The position numbers and the translations under genes were made by a program. Source: a virus. From it: 64,000 nucleotides of DNA. Below the pieces are notes generated by a model. That model searched no databases. It was not told the DNA's origin and saw only the letters and a list, made by a program, of their open reading frames with translations. This document shows positions 55,748 through 64,000 of this stretch, one piece after another. The stretch's first letter is position 1; the number at the start of each line of letters is the position of its first letter. Where the stretch lies: the IMG/VR virus record IMGVR_UViG_3300009370_000003. One strand, written 5' to 3'.

Positions 55748-56021
55748 GACTTTCGTGACTTGGCCAGATATTTTTGGGTCTACTGCTTGAAACATTACCC
55801 CTCTTCTCATGCCATTTTCTAAATTCATCATATCCGCCAATGGCTTCACCATTAACTCTTATTTGTGGGAATGTTCTTGCATTAGGGAACTGTTCAAGTA
55901 ATTCCTCTCGTGTAAAATCTTCGTCTAATTGCTTGTATATAAATTGATACCGTTGTGTCTGACACAAGAACTTTGCTTTCTCACAAAATGGACATTGTGG
56001 TTTACCAAATATTTCAATCAT
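55737..56021 (-). CDS. nrdC: Glutaredoxin
   Basis: CPFC, RTFPQI, IGGY; GGAGG RBS before MIEIF. Confidence 0.93.
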   Translation of the reverse strand: MIEIFGKPQCPFCEKAKFLCQTQRYQFIYKQLDEDFTREELLEQFPNARTFPQIRVNGEAIGGYDEFRKWHEKRGNVSSSRPKNIWPSHESHGG

Positions 56022-56117
56022 ATTCCCTCCAAAAATCATTTTCGAAGGCAACTTGAATTCCTACATGTATTGCACTATCAACAAGTATTAATACTCCAAA
56101 CATAATCCAACCTGATA

Positions 56118-56276
56118 TCATCTTCCTTGTCCTCTGTATGCTTTGTGTGATTTCTTTTTTGATTTGTTCATCGTTGACATTGATATCTTAGTTTTTCTAC
56201 CTCTACCACCTTGTCCAATAGAAGATGCTTTTGGTGTAGTATCTCTTACATGTCTGAATAGTCCTGATTTTCTCAT
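56118..56276 (-). CDS. Small basic protein ending YRGQGR
   Basis: MRKSGLFRHVRDTTPKASSIGQGGRGRKTKISMSTMNKSKKKSHKAYRGQGR; AGGAG RBS. Confidence 0.7.
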   Translation of the reverse strand: MRKSGLFRHVRDTTPKASSIGQGGRGRKTKISMSTMNKSKKKSHKAYRGQGR

Positions 56277-56288
56277 TGCTCTCCTGTG

Positions 56289-56555
56289 TTAAAGTTTAAT
56301 TGCTAATAGTATGAATATCCCAAGTAGTGTGATTTCAACTAAAAACATTAGGCCTGCAAGAATGGTATGATACCATATCCACCTAGTCGCATATGCATTT
56401 TCTATTGATACTTCATCAGGGTCAGGTGAATATCTGTAAGACGGTTCATCTGTTATATCTCCCATGCCATGTAGTTTCTCTTCTACTTCTTGAATTCTTG
56501 TAACGAGCTCATCTTCCTCTTTGCTTCCCCATAATATGTGATACCATTTTTTCAT
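56289..56555 (-). CDS. Small membrane protein
   Basis: ENAY.TRWIWYHTIL plus TM. Confidence 0.65.
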   Translation of the reverse strand: MKKWYHILWGSKEEDELVTRIQEVEEKLHGMGDITDEPSYRYSPDPDEVSIENAYATRWIWYHTILAGLMFLVEITLLGIFILLAIKL

Positions 56556-57649
56556 AACTTAAAGTCCGTAAATGTGTCGTCATCGACATCTTGTTTAATT
56601 CCACCAATGACATACGATTCTATTTCGGTCTCTTGTGGTGCGTTCTGTAATCCTCTACTCGTAAACCAATGTTGTGTCCATGGTAAAGGGTTATTAACAC
56701 TGGATATATCATAAAGTGGTGATAATCCTAGCATTCTTAGTCTTTTATTTGCAATGTATTCTATATAGTTTCCCAGTAATGGAACTGATAGTCCAATCAT
56801 TGAACCGTCTTTGAATAGGAACTCTGCCCATTCTTTCTCTTGTGTTACTGCGTCCTCATACATTTGATAAACTTCTTTCTCACAATCCTTCATAACCTTT
56901 GTCATGAGTTTATCCTTTTCGGTATTTTTATATGCTTTCAGGATATGCTGTGTTATGCCCAAATGTTGGCTCTCGTCTCTCGCTATCAACGAGATAATCT
57001 TTGCACTTCCTTCCATGAGTTTTAACTCACCAAATGCAAATGAACATGCAAAGGATACAAAGAATCTAATACCTTCTAAGATATTAACTGATATCAATGC
57101 AAGGTAAAGTGCCTTATATAAATCATAATCGTCTACTTTAAGGTTCAGTAATTTCCTTCTACCTAGAGCTATGAAATGGTCATACTTTGCAGTCACCATT
57201 TCTGCTCTCTTAACGATTGCCTCTTCTTGTAATATTGTATCAAAGATATCACTTGGGTCTGAATACACATTCTTGATAATGTGTGTATAAGACCTACTGT
57301 GTATCGTCTCCATAAAGTCCCAAGTGATAATACAAGATTCCAGTTCAGGGAGAGTCACAAAAGGTAGAAATGCTATGCTTGGAGCTCTACCCTGAACGGA
57401 ATCCAGTAAGGTTTGATACCTCAAGTTTGAGGTAAATATATGTTTCTGTGCTTTGTTTAATGTCGTATAATCAGCACGGTCTTTCTGTAAGGACACCTCT
57501 TCGGGTCTCCAAAAGAATCCTAATTGTTTCTGTGTTAGTTTATCAAACACTGGATATTTGAATTCATCAAATCGTTGGGTGTTAAGTGGTTCTCCAAAAA
57601 ACATTTTCTGTTTCGTGAAGTCTACTTGATTTTTATTAAATACTGTCAT
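56552..57649 (-). CDS. nrdB: Ribonucleotide reductase class Ia beta subunit
   Basis: FFWRPEEV, LLDSVQGR, ETIHSRSY, LEGIRF..SFAC, RDE..H, APQETE. Confidence 0.98.
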   Translation of the reverse strand: MTVFNKNQVDFTKQKMFFGEPLNTQRFDEFKYPVFDKLTQKQLGFFWRPEEVSLQKDRADYTTLNKAQKHIFTSNLRYQTLLDSVQGRAPSIAFLPFVTLPELESCIITWDFMETIHSRSYTHIIKNVYSDPSDIFDTILQEEAIVKRAEMVTAKYDHFIALGRRKLLNLKVDDYDLYKALYLALISVNILEGIRFFVSFACSFAFGELKLMEGSAKIISLIARDESQHLGITQHILKAYKNTEKDKLMTKVMKDCEKEVYQMYEDAVTQEKEWAEFLFKDGSMIGLSVPLLGNYIEYIANKRLRMLGLSPLYDISSVNNPLPWTQHWFTSRGLQNAPQETEIESYVIGGIKQDVDDDTFTDFKL

Positions 57650-58722
57650 TATGCTGGTGTCTGTCTCGGGGTTTTAACTATTTCAGCGTTCTTGTGTTGT
57701 GTCTCAAAGATATTAGGATCGTTTTCTACAACCTTTCCGTCCACTATTTGTTTAAATTCTTGATATCTATTAACGAAATCTGACTTTTGATGCACAGCCC
57801 ATATTTCTTTATTGTGCCATACATCTGACATTAATTTCTCGTGTGATTTGAATTCCCAACTGTCTACATCTTGAGGGTGATATCTAGACCGTCTTCCATC
57901 AAATCTACAAGGGAAAACTGGGTCATTTTGTGCTCTAATATGCTGGGGTTGAGTGTCTGCTACTCGGTCTGCGCCAGGCATTGAAAGCATGTTAGTGGTT
58001 TTGTTATAAAAATGTAAAAACATATGATAACTTTCATTACCTAAAAGATACTCTCTCCAGTGTGCAACATTTGGGCCTTGATACATTAATACATCACCAA
58101 CCTCTAAATCTATTCTCTTTGCATTCTTTCTTTGTCTAATAGGAACTGCTTGAGTATTTTCCCAAATTTCATTTGGAGTATTAATCCAGTCTTTACTATT
58201 ATCAACCCATATTGGCCATGGTCTATTGTCGTCTGTCTTATAATCTAGACAAATTGTTGCACTGACTTCACATGAAGGTCTATCAGCATGTGCTTTAAGA
58301 TATGCACCTCTTTGATACTTTCTTGTGTACGAATATGTTTCTTGAAGGTTAAGGTCAATTACATCTTTTAATGCTTCCCATAACCACCTATGTAATGCAA
58401 CACCCATAGGTGAACACCACATACCATTTGATTTGTAAAATGAATCCTCGGGAGCTTTTTTATCAATGATTAACTCTTCTAACTCTAAATGTTGTGACAT
58501 GTCAGGGTCGAGTTCCATTCTCTTCCATGCGTCCAAAGCCATGTTGATAATGTCTTTAGGAATGAAATCTCTTAATATGACATACCCCTCTTTCATGAAT
58601 TTCCATGTTTCGGGATTAGTTGAACCAGCTAATACAGTCCCACCCTTACCTTTCTTAATGTCTTCTGAGATTGCGCCTTCTACAATATACTGTATCGTTC
58701 TGTCTTCAAATTGAACAGGCAT
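57649..58722 (-). CDS. 2OG-Fe(II) oxygenase-like protein between nrdA and nrdB
   Basis: TYSY.R.Y..G..L..HADRPSCE.S.T, W.I, GD...Y.G....HWRE, FLHF. Confidence 0.82.
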   Translation of the reverse strand: MPVQFEDRTIQYIVEGAISEDIKKGKGGTVLAGSTNPETWKFMKEGYVILRDFIPKDIINMALDAWKRMELDPDMSQHLELEELIIDKKAPEDSFYKSNGMWCSPMGVALHRWLWEALKDVIDLNLQETYSYTRKYQRGAYLKAHADRPSCEVSATICLDYKTDDNRPWPIWVDNSKDWINTPNEIWENTQAVPIRQRKNAKRIDLEVGDVLMYQGPNVAHWREYLLGNESYHMFLHFYNKTTNMLSMPGADRVADTQPQHIRAQNDPVFPCRFDGRRSRYHPQDVDSWEFKSHEKLMSDVWHNKEIWAVHQKSDFVNRYQEFKQIVDGKVVENDPNIFETQHKNAEIVKTPRQTPA

Positions 58723-61009
58723 CGCAGTCTTCCTCACTTTCTTCATTGAATGGGTCTCTAGGTAAATCTTCTAGAACCACATCTTCTACTTTACCGTCCA
58801 TGGTGTTTTGGTAATAAGATGTTTTCCACCCATACTTATATGTAGTCAATAAATCTTTTGCCATAATAGATATTGGCACTTCATGATTATCATAGTTTTC
58901 GGGATTATATGACCAGTTTCCGCTGATTGCTTGGTCAAAGAACTTTTGCATGATTGCAACTACTTTTATATAACCATCATTATCTTCCATGTCCCACAAC
59001 AATGTATAAAAGTTTTTTAACATTGAATACTGAGGGACAACTTGTTTAAGGGTTCCTTTTTTACTCTTCTTAACAGACAAGTGGTCTCTAGGTGGTTCTA
59101 CACCATTCGTTGCATTAGAAACGACGCTAGAACTCTCTGACGGCATTTGTGCAGTCAAGGTTGAGTGTCTTACACCATGTTCTTTTATGTCTTTTCTTAA
59201 GGTTTCCCAGTCCATATTGTATACTGGTTTAACTAACTCGTCTACCTCTTGTTTGTATGTGTCTATTGGTAATAGACTGTCTGCATACTTGGTTCTATGG
59301 AAGTATTCACATGCACCTTTCTCTTGTGCAAGTTGATTGCTTGCTTTTAGAAGATAGAATTGGAACCGCTCTGTTAGTTCATGCACCAGTTTTAATGCTT
59401 CGGGGTCGTTATATTTAACCTTGTTTTTTGCAAGGTAATGTGCCAGTCCAATGTATCCTATACCAAGACTTCGTCTTGCTTTAGTAGATACTTCTGCAGC
59501 TATAACTGGATACTCTTGAAAGTCTATCAGTTCTTCAAGTCCTCTCACTGCTAAGTCACAAAGAGATTCCAGTTCTTCTTCTTTAACAATACCCACATTA
59601 ATTGCACTTAATATACACAATGCAATTTCACCTTCTCCTTCTATATTTTGGATAGGGTCTGTGGGTAATGTTATCTCTTGACAAAGATTACTCATGTTTA
59701 CTTTGTCTTTAAAACTACTGTGTGTATTACAGTGGTCTATATTCATAATGTAAATACGGCCAGTCTCTGCTCGTTCTTTTAATAAATCTGTTATGAGTTC
59801 TCTTGCACTAACCTTTTTCTGTGGGATAGAATATGCTCTCTCATACTTTTCATACAATTTGTCAAACTCTTCTGTCCCAAATGCTTCGTATAAGCCGGGC
59901 ACTTCATGAGGTGAGAATAAAGTAATGTCTTCATTCTTTAAGAACCTTTCATAGAAGAGCTTACTGAATTGAATCGAGTAATCAAGTTTCCTAACACGGT
60001 TGTCTTCCGTGCCTTTGTTGTTCTTAAGGACAATAATGTCTTCAATCTCTTGGTGCCAGATTGGGAAGTGGACAGTTGCCGATCCACCTCTAACACCATT
60101 CTGTGTGCAACATCTAACTGTGCTCTCAAATTTTTTAAGGAAAGGGATAAGTCCTGTATGTTGGACTTCTCCACCTCTAATTTTGCTACCAATTCCTCGA
60201 ATTCTTCCTGCGTTAATTCCGATACCCGCTCTCTGCGCAACATATTTTCCAATGGCATGGTCACTTGAGAAGATACTGTCGAGAGTATCGTCTGAATCGA
60301 CAAGTACGCAGCTCGCAAATTGTCTAAGTGGTGTTCTAACTCCTGCCATAATTGGCGTCGGTATGTTAATTTTGAATTGACTGATCGCATCATAGTATCT
60401 TTTGACATAATCTAATCTTACCTCTTTGTCATAATTTTGAAATAGAGTCATTGCAATTAGCATATACATAAACTGTGGAGTCTCATAAACTTCTGCAGTT
60501 GACCTATCTTGAACCAAATACTTGTCTACTATCTGTTGAAGACCAGCATATGTAAAAGTTAAATCTCGTGCATGTTTAATATATGTGTTGCACTTCTCTA
60601 TCTCTTCTTTTGTGTATTGATCTAATATATCTTTATCATATACACCCCATTCTATATTTCTCTGTATTATTTCATACAGTGGTGGATAGATTGTATTATC
60701 TTTCCACTTCGTATTAAACACCTGCTTTTGTATTGCAAACAATAAGAGTCTTGCAGCTACAAATTGATAGTTAGGATTGTCTAATGTTATTAAGTCATGT
60801 GCTGACTTAATTAAAATCTGTTGAATTTCTTTTGTGGTTATTCCTTCATAGAATTGAAGACCACTATTCATTTCTATCATTGACTCACTGACACCTGTGA
60901 TGTGTCTACATGATTTTTCCACCATTACATGAATTTTATCTAAATTTATTGATACTTTTGACCCGTCTGCTTTGACAACCTTTATTCCACCATTCCCGTT
61001 ATAACTCAT
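58706..61009 (-). CDS. nrdA: Ribonucleotide reductase class Ia alpha subunit
   Basis: ATP cone, PTPIMAG.RT, QFASC, SNLCQEI, KTSYY, C-terminal CDAC. Confidence 0.98.
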   Translation of the reverse strand: MSYNGNGGIKVVKADGSKVSINLDKIHVMVEKSCRHITGVSESMIEMNSGLQFYEGITTKEIQQILIKSAHDLITLDNPNYQFVAARLLLFAIQKQVFNTKWKDNTIYPPLYEIIQRNIEWGVYDKDILDQYTKEEIEKCNTYIKHARDLTFTYAGLQQIVDKYLVQDRSTAEVYETPQFMYMLIAMTLFQNYDKEVRLDYVKRYYDAISQFKINIPTPIMAGVRTPLRQFASCVLVDSDDTLDSIFSSDHAIGKYVAQRAGIGINAGRIRGIGSKIRGGEVQHTGLIPFLKKFESTVRCCTQNGVRGGSATVHFPIWHQEIEDIIVLKNNKGTEDNRVRKLDYSIQFSKLFYERFLKNEDITLFSPHEVPGLYEAFGTEEFDKLYEKYERAYSIPQKKVSARELITDLLKERAETGRIYIMNIDHCNTHSSFKDKVNMSNLCQEITLPTDPIQNIEGEGEIALCILSAINVGIVKEEELESLCDLAVRGLEELIDFQEYPVIAAEVSTKARRSLGIGYIGLAHYLAKNKVKYNDPEALKLVHELTERFQFYLLKASNQLAQEKGACEYFHRTKYADSLLPIDTYKQEVDELVKPVYNMDWETLRKDIKEHGVRHSTLTAQMPSESSSVVSNATNGVEPPRDHLSVKKSKKGTLKQVVPQYSMLKNFYTLLWDMEDNDGYIKVVAIMQKFFDQAISGNWSYNPENYDNHEVPISIMAKDLLTTYKYGWKTSYYQNTMDGKVEDVVLEDLPRDPFNEESEEDCDACSI

Positions 61010-62031
61010 GTTTTCTTATACTCCGTAAGTTTTGCTTTTGCTGAGAGGCCGTTGTAAGTATTCGAAGTAATTATTTCAACTACATCATCTGTTGTCAATC
61101 CACCTTGAATCATGTCATTGATATCTTTAAATTCAGATACCCGTCTATCATTCCAAATACAGACATTCCAACCGAGGTTAATAACTTCCTCTAGTTTTTT
61201 AATTATCTCTGTATTTCTTGGTTCGTTATCATAAATGATTATTGCGTTGTCTTTAAATTTAATATCTAATTTCTTAAAGTCACTACCACCAACTGCAATA
61301 CTGTTGGGAAGGAATAAACTATCTATTGGCCCCTCTGTTACAAAGATAGTTTTTGAGTTGTCCACATTATTAATGTTATAGATGAGTGGAACATCATCTA
61401 CGAATCTCATGGTTAAGTATCGTAATGGCGAGTCATTAATAGCACGACCACTTACACCAATCAAATCACCTTTAGTATCATAGAAAGGTATGACTATGCG
61501 TGGGTCGTTTCCTAAAACTCTATCTTTATACTTTTCAGATAAGTTTCCAAGAGTTTGAGCTTGTCTAACGAACCACAATTTTTTGATTTCTTCCGTAGGA
61601 ATTTTCCTAGATTCAAGGTATTCCCTAGACTCGTGGTTTTCGATTGCACGAAAACACAATGCGGTTAAATCAACTTCCTTCATATTTAGAAGTTCTTTTC
61701 GCGGAGTAAACTTGAAATCGTTAGAACTTCTTGTCTTTTTTGCTCTTGGAGTTTTACCACTTTCTTTTAACCATTCTTTAATGTATTCTTTGTGAATAAC
61801 GGGAAAATGGTCTTTGAGAAAGTTCACACTTGAGGTAGATTTACCACAATTATGACACTTGTATATGAAGTTTTGTTCCACGGTAAAGTGGAATCCCCGA
61901 GCCTTGTATTGATTCTTCTGTGAATCTCCACAATAAGGACAACGGTGATTTAATGTGTTCTCATTCTTCCACTTCGCCTGATCCAGTGAGGATAGGACTT
62001 GGGAAAGATACTTTCTTTCCAACCATAGCAT
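61006..62031 (-). CDS. gp61: DNA primase gp61
   Basis: RCPYCGDS...KARG, KCHNCG, EGPIDS.F, DNEPRN, KDINDM. Confidence 0.96.
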   Translation of the reverse strand: MLWLERKYLSQVLSSLDQAKWKNENTLNHRCPYCGDSQKNQYKARGFHFTVEQNFIYKCHNCGKSTSSVNFLKDHFPVIHKEYIKEWLKESGKTPRAKKTRSSNDFKFTPRKELLNMKEVDLTALCFRAIENHESREYLESRKIPTEEIKKLWFVRQAQTLGNLSEKYKDRVLGNDPRIVIPFYDTKGDLIGVSGRAINDSPLRYLTMRFVDDVPLIYNINNVDNSKTIFVTEGPIDSLFLPNSIAVGGSDFKKLDIKFKDNAIIIYDNEPRNTEIIKKLEEVINLGWNVCIWNDRRVSEFKDINDMIQGGLTTDDVVEIITSNTYNGLSAKAKLTEYKKT

Positions 62032-62061
62032 ATATAATATTATACTATAAAAGGGTGGTTT

Positions 62062-63246
62062 CTACAAGGTGGTTTTCCTGATATCGTCCATTTTCTTTTT
62101 CGGCACCTGTAGTATATATCGTTGTTCTACTACCTTGGGCTTTTCCTCTTCTACCCTACGAGCAATTAACCCAACAGAAGTGATTAGAAGAAGTATTGCC
62201 AGTGGGTCAAATACGAATATCAGAGCAAAAATGACAGCCCTAATGGCATTGTCAAGATACTTGACACTCTCGTCTTGACCGTATATTACTTCTGCAATAT
62301 ACTTGATTGGGCCTACTTCCCTTTCAAATCCTAGTATTTCTTGGTCAAATACAAACTTTTCTTCCTTTAATTCTTCTATTGTATCATATATCTCATCGAT
62401 TTGTCCAGTGTATTCTTCTGTGTCTGCAATTATATTATCTTGTGAATCTGTATTTTGTGTCTGCAGTCTTCTAATTTCTGCATTTGCTTCGTTGATAATC
62501 GTCTGTGCTTGAGCTCTATAATTATCAATGTTATCCTGTTGTTTGCTTATATCACTTGCAATTCGTTCTCGTTGGTCTCTTTGTTGTTCAAACAATTCGT
62601 TTGCCTGTGCAATATAATCAATCTTCTCTACCTCTCCAGCATCGAATATAGTAGCTTCCTCTAGTCTTATTATTTCAACACCTTTGTTTCTTAATTCATT
62701 TACGGCAGCGTCTAAGATAGTCAGCTGACTTCTAATACTTGTTATGTTTCCTTCTGCATACTCAATATCACCCTGAACTCTCTCCCATGCACCATCTCTT
62801 ATGGCTATTTGAGCATTAACTGCGTCTGTTATATCATATTGTCCTGTCCCTAGAGATTCTATCCTGTTCTCTAGCGTGAGAATCTTATTTTCTTCTCGCT
62901 GAATAATGTTTTCTATTCGGGTAATCTCTGACTGTGCAACACCAGTTGCATATGAAGTGTCTGAACTAGCTTTGGCAAGGTATCCAAAAATACCTAATGA
63001 GGTGATTAACATGAGAACAAACACGGAGAGTGCAAGGTAGTATTTCATGAAACCTAACCTGTCCCATACTAAGTGTAAGTATGCAGCGGTGACTATCTTT
63101 CCAAATTCTAGAACAGATGCCATGACTACGACACCAAGATATGCTCCAGCAAATATGGTTGCGAGACCAAGAATACTAAAGTATGCAGCGATGCCTGCAA
63201 TGCTTAGGCTTGTGAATAGTGCTAACAGATTCAATAATTTCATCAT
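62062..63246 (-). CDS. Membrane-anchored coiled-coil protein
   Basis: Three N-terminal TMs, ITS.GIFGYL.KA, long coiled coil, EVGPIKYIA, IFVFDPLA. Confidence 0.75.
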   Translation of the reverse strand: MMKLLNLLALFTSLSIAGIAAYFSILGLATIFAGAYLGVVVMASVLEFGKIVTAAYLHLVWDRLGFMKYYLALSVFVLMLITSLGIFGYLAKASSDTSYATGVAQSEITRIENIIQREENKILTLENRIESLGTGQYDITDAVNAQIAIRDGAWERVQGDIEYAEGNITSIRSQLTILDAAVNELRNKGVEIIRLEEATIFDAGEVEKIDYIAQANELFEQQRDQRERIASDISKQQDNIDNYRAQAQTIINEANAEIRRLQTQNTDSQDNIIADTEEYTGQIDEIYDTIEELKEEKFVFDQEILGFEREVGPIKYIAEVIYGQDESVKYLDNAIRAVIFALIFVFDPLAILLLITSVGLIARRVEEEKPKVVEQRYILQVPKKKMDDIRKTTL

Positions 63247-63280
63247 AAATTATGTTAGTTCTATGACATAGAGTTTCTCA

Positions 63281-63853
63281 TTAATATACATCTTCTGCAC
63301 TCACAAAGACTCTGTTTGTTCCAACAAACCCTTCGTAAACAGAAATACCAAATACTTTAGTGACTTCACCTTTAATTTCTACTGCTGTTTTAGGTTTGTA
63401 TAATGTTTCATCAAATTCATTCTTGAAACGGAGTCTATATGTCCCCTTGTGTAGGTTAGGTAAATCTAATGTCTCTGTAATAAGTTCAGGATTAAAGTTA
63501 TCACTCTCCTTTAAATATCTGTAGAACTTTTCATAAAGTTCTTCAGCTTGTTCGTCAGAAAGTTCACAATGTTCCTTAAGTAATGCAAGTGCTACAGCGT
63601 ATGAAGCAAACTGTGTTTTACCGAATGGAACTTTGTTGATAATCCTTTTTAAATTGAAAACTAATCTATGCAACATAGTAAGAGAGCTCTTTTCTATCTT
63701 AGTCTTTGGAACATTCTTTGTCCCGTCTGCAAGTGTCTTAATTCTCTTTCCTTTTGCGTCAATAAACCCAAGTTGGTATGCCTTTTGTTTATTCCAAGGT
63801 GTTACCAATAATTTGAGTATGCGAAAGACTATTAGTGTATCTATAATTCTCAT
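63281..63853 (-). CDS. Conserved T4-like hypothetical protein
   Basis: R..KLLVTPW....AY.LG.ID..G, HRLVFNLKR, SYA.AL.LLKE. Confidence 0.8.
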   Translation of the reverse strand: MRIIDTLIVFRILKLLVTPWNKQKAYQLGFIDAKGKRIKTLADGTKNVPKTKIEKSSLTMLHRLVFNLKRIINKVPFGKTQFASYAVALALLKEHCELSDEQAEELYEKFYRYLKESDNFNPELITETLDLPNLHKGTYRLRFKNEFDETLYKPKTAVEIKGEVTKVFGISVYEGFVGTNRVFVSAEDVY

Positions 63854-63871
63854 ACAACTATTTAGGTATTT

Positions 63872-64000
63872 TTAGAGTTCTCTTAATCGAGATGCTAGAG
63901 GTTCGTCTATTTTTATATCAGTTTTCCATGATTCATCTATATACCCTAGGTATAATAACATGGTCTTTATTGAAGTCCAATATTTGTCGTCTTTGATTTT
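63872..64000 (-). CDS. Conserved T4-like hypothetical protein, 3' end only
   Basis: KIKDDKYWTSIKTMLLYLGYI...D..L...LREL*. Confidence 0.6.
   Translation of the reverse strand, partial: KIKDDKYWTSIKTMLLYLGYIDESWKTDIKIDEPLASRLREL

Noticed and set aside
59938-60408. 156-aa alternative-frame ORF inside nrdA
   Set aside because: No motif or RBS; likely a by-product of codon bias
56552-61009. Introns or inteins in nrdA/nrdB
   Set aside because: Both ORFs are continuous and of normal class Ia length
1-64000. Stop-codon reassignment
   Set aside because: Core genes are full length in the standard code, and all three stop codons are used as terminators

Overview
64 kb segment of a large, AT-rich T4-like myovirus, probably an uncultured marine phage. 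The bS21 and ACP sequences look proteobacterial, but the host is only inferred. 1-21.5 kb is the baseplate/tail module (gp8, gp7, gp6, gp25, gp5, gp27-like, gp53, gp48, gp4, gp2, gp54, gp26/gp51, tape measure), with a HAD-KdsB-unknown-ACP set inserted in it. 21.5-38 kb holds bS21, an ArfA-like peptide, gp32, gp59, gp33, an exonuclease, a SleB hydrolase, radical SAM/SDR, RNase H, a RimK-protease fusion and IscA. 38-52 kb is an accessory region with a split carbamoyltransferase, most of the window's nine 2OG-Fe(II) oxygenase-like genes, a sulfotransferase, a GNAT, tRNA-Ala and a hairpin-rich, promoter-dense non-coding island. 52-64 kb has spanins, DNA ligase, glutaredoxin, nrdB, nrdA and primase. 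Best novel candidates: (1) a -1 frameshifted lipoprotein with a pseudoknot and a CsrA/Hfq-type leader; (2) a gp26-gp51 -1 frameshift; (3) a ribosome-targeting set (bS21, ArfA-like peptide, RimK-RimB fusion); (4) a CMP-Kdo plus GT42/Maf-like glycosylation route; (5) several unannotated structured RNAs. All calls come from manual motif reading; no database search was run.
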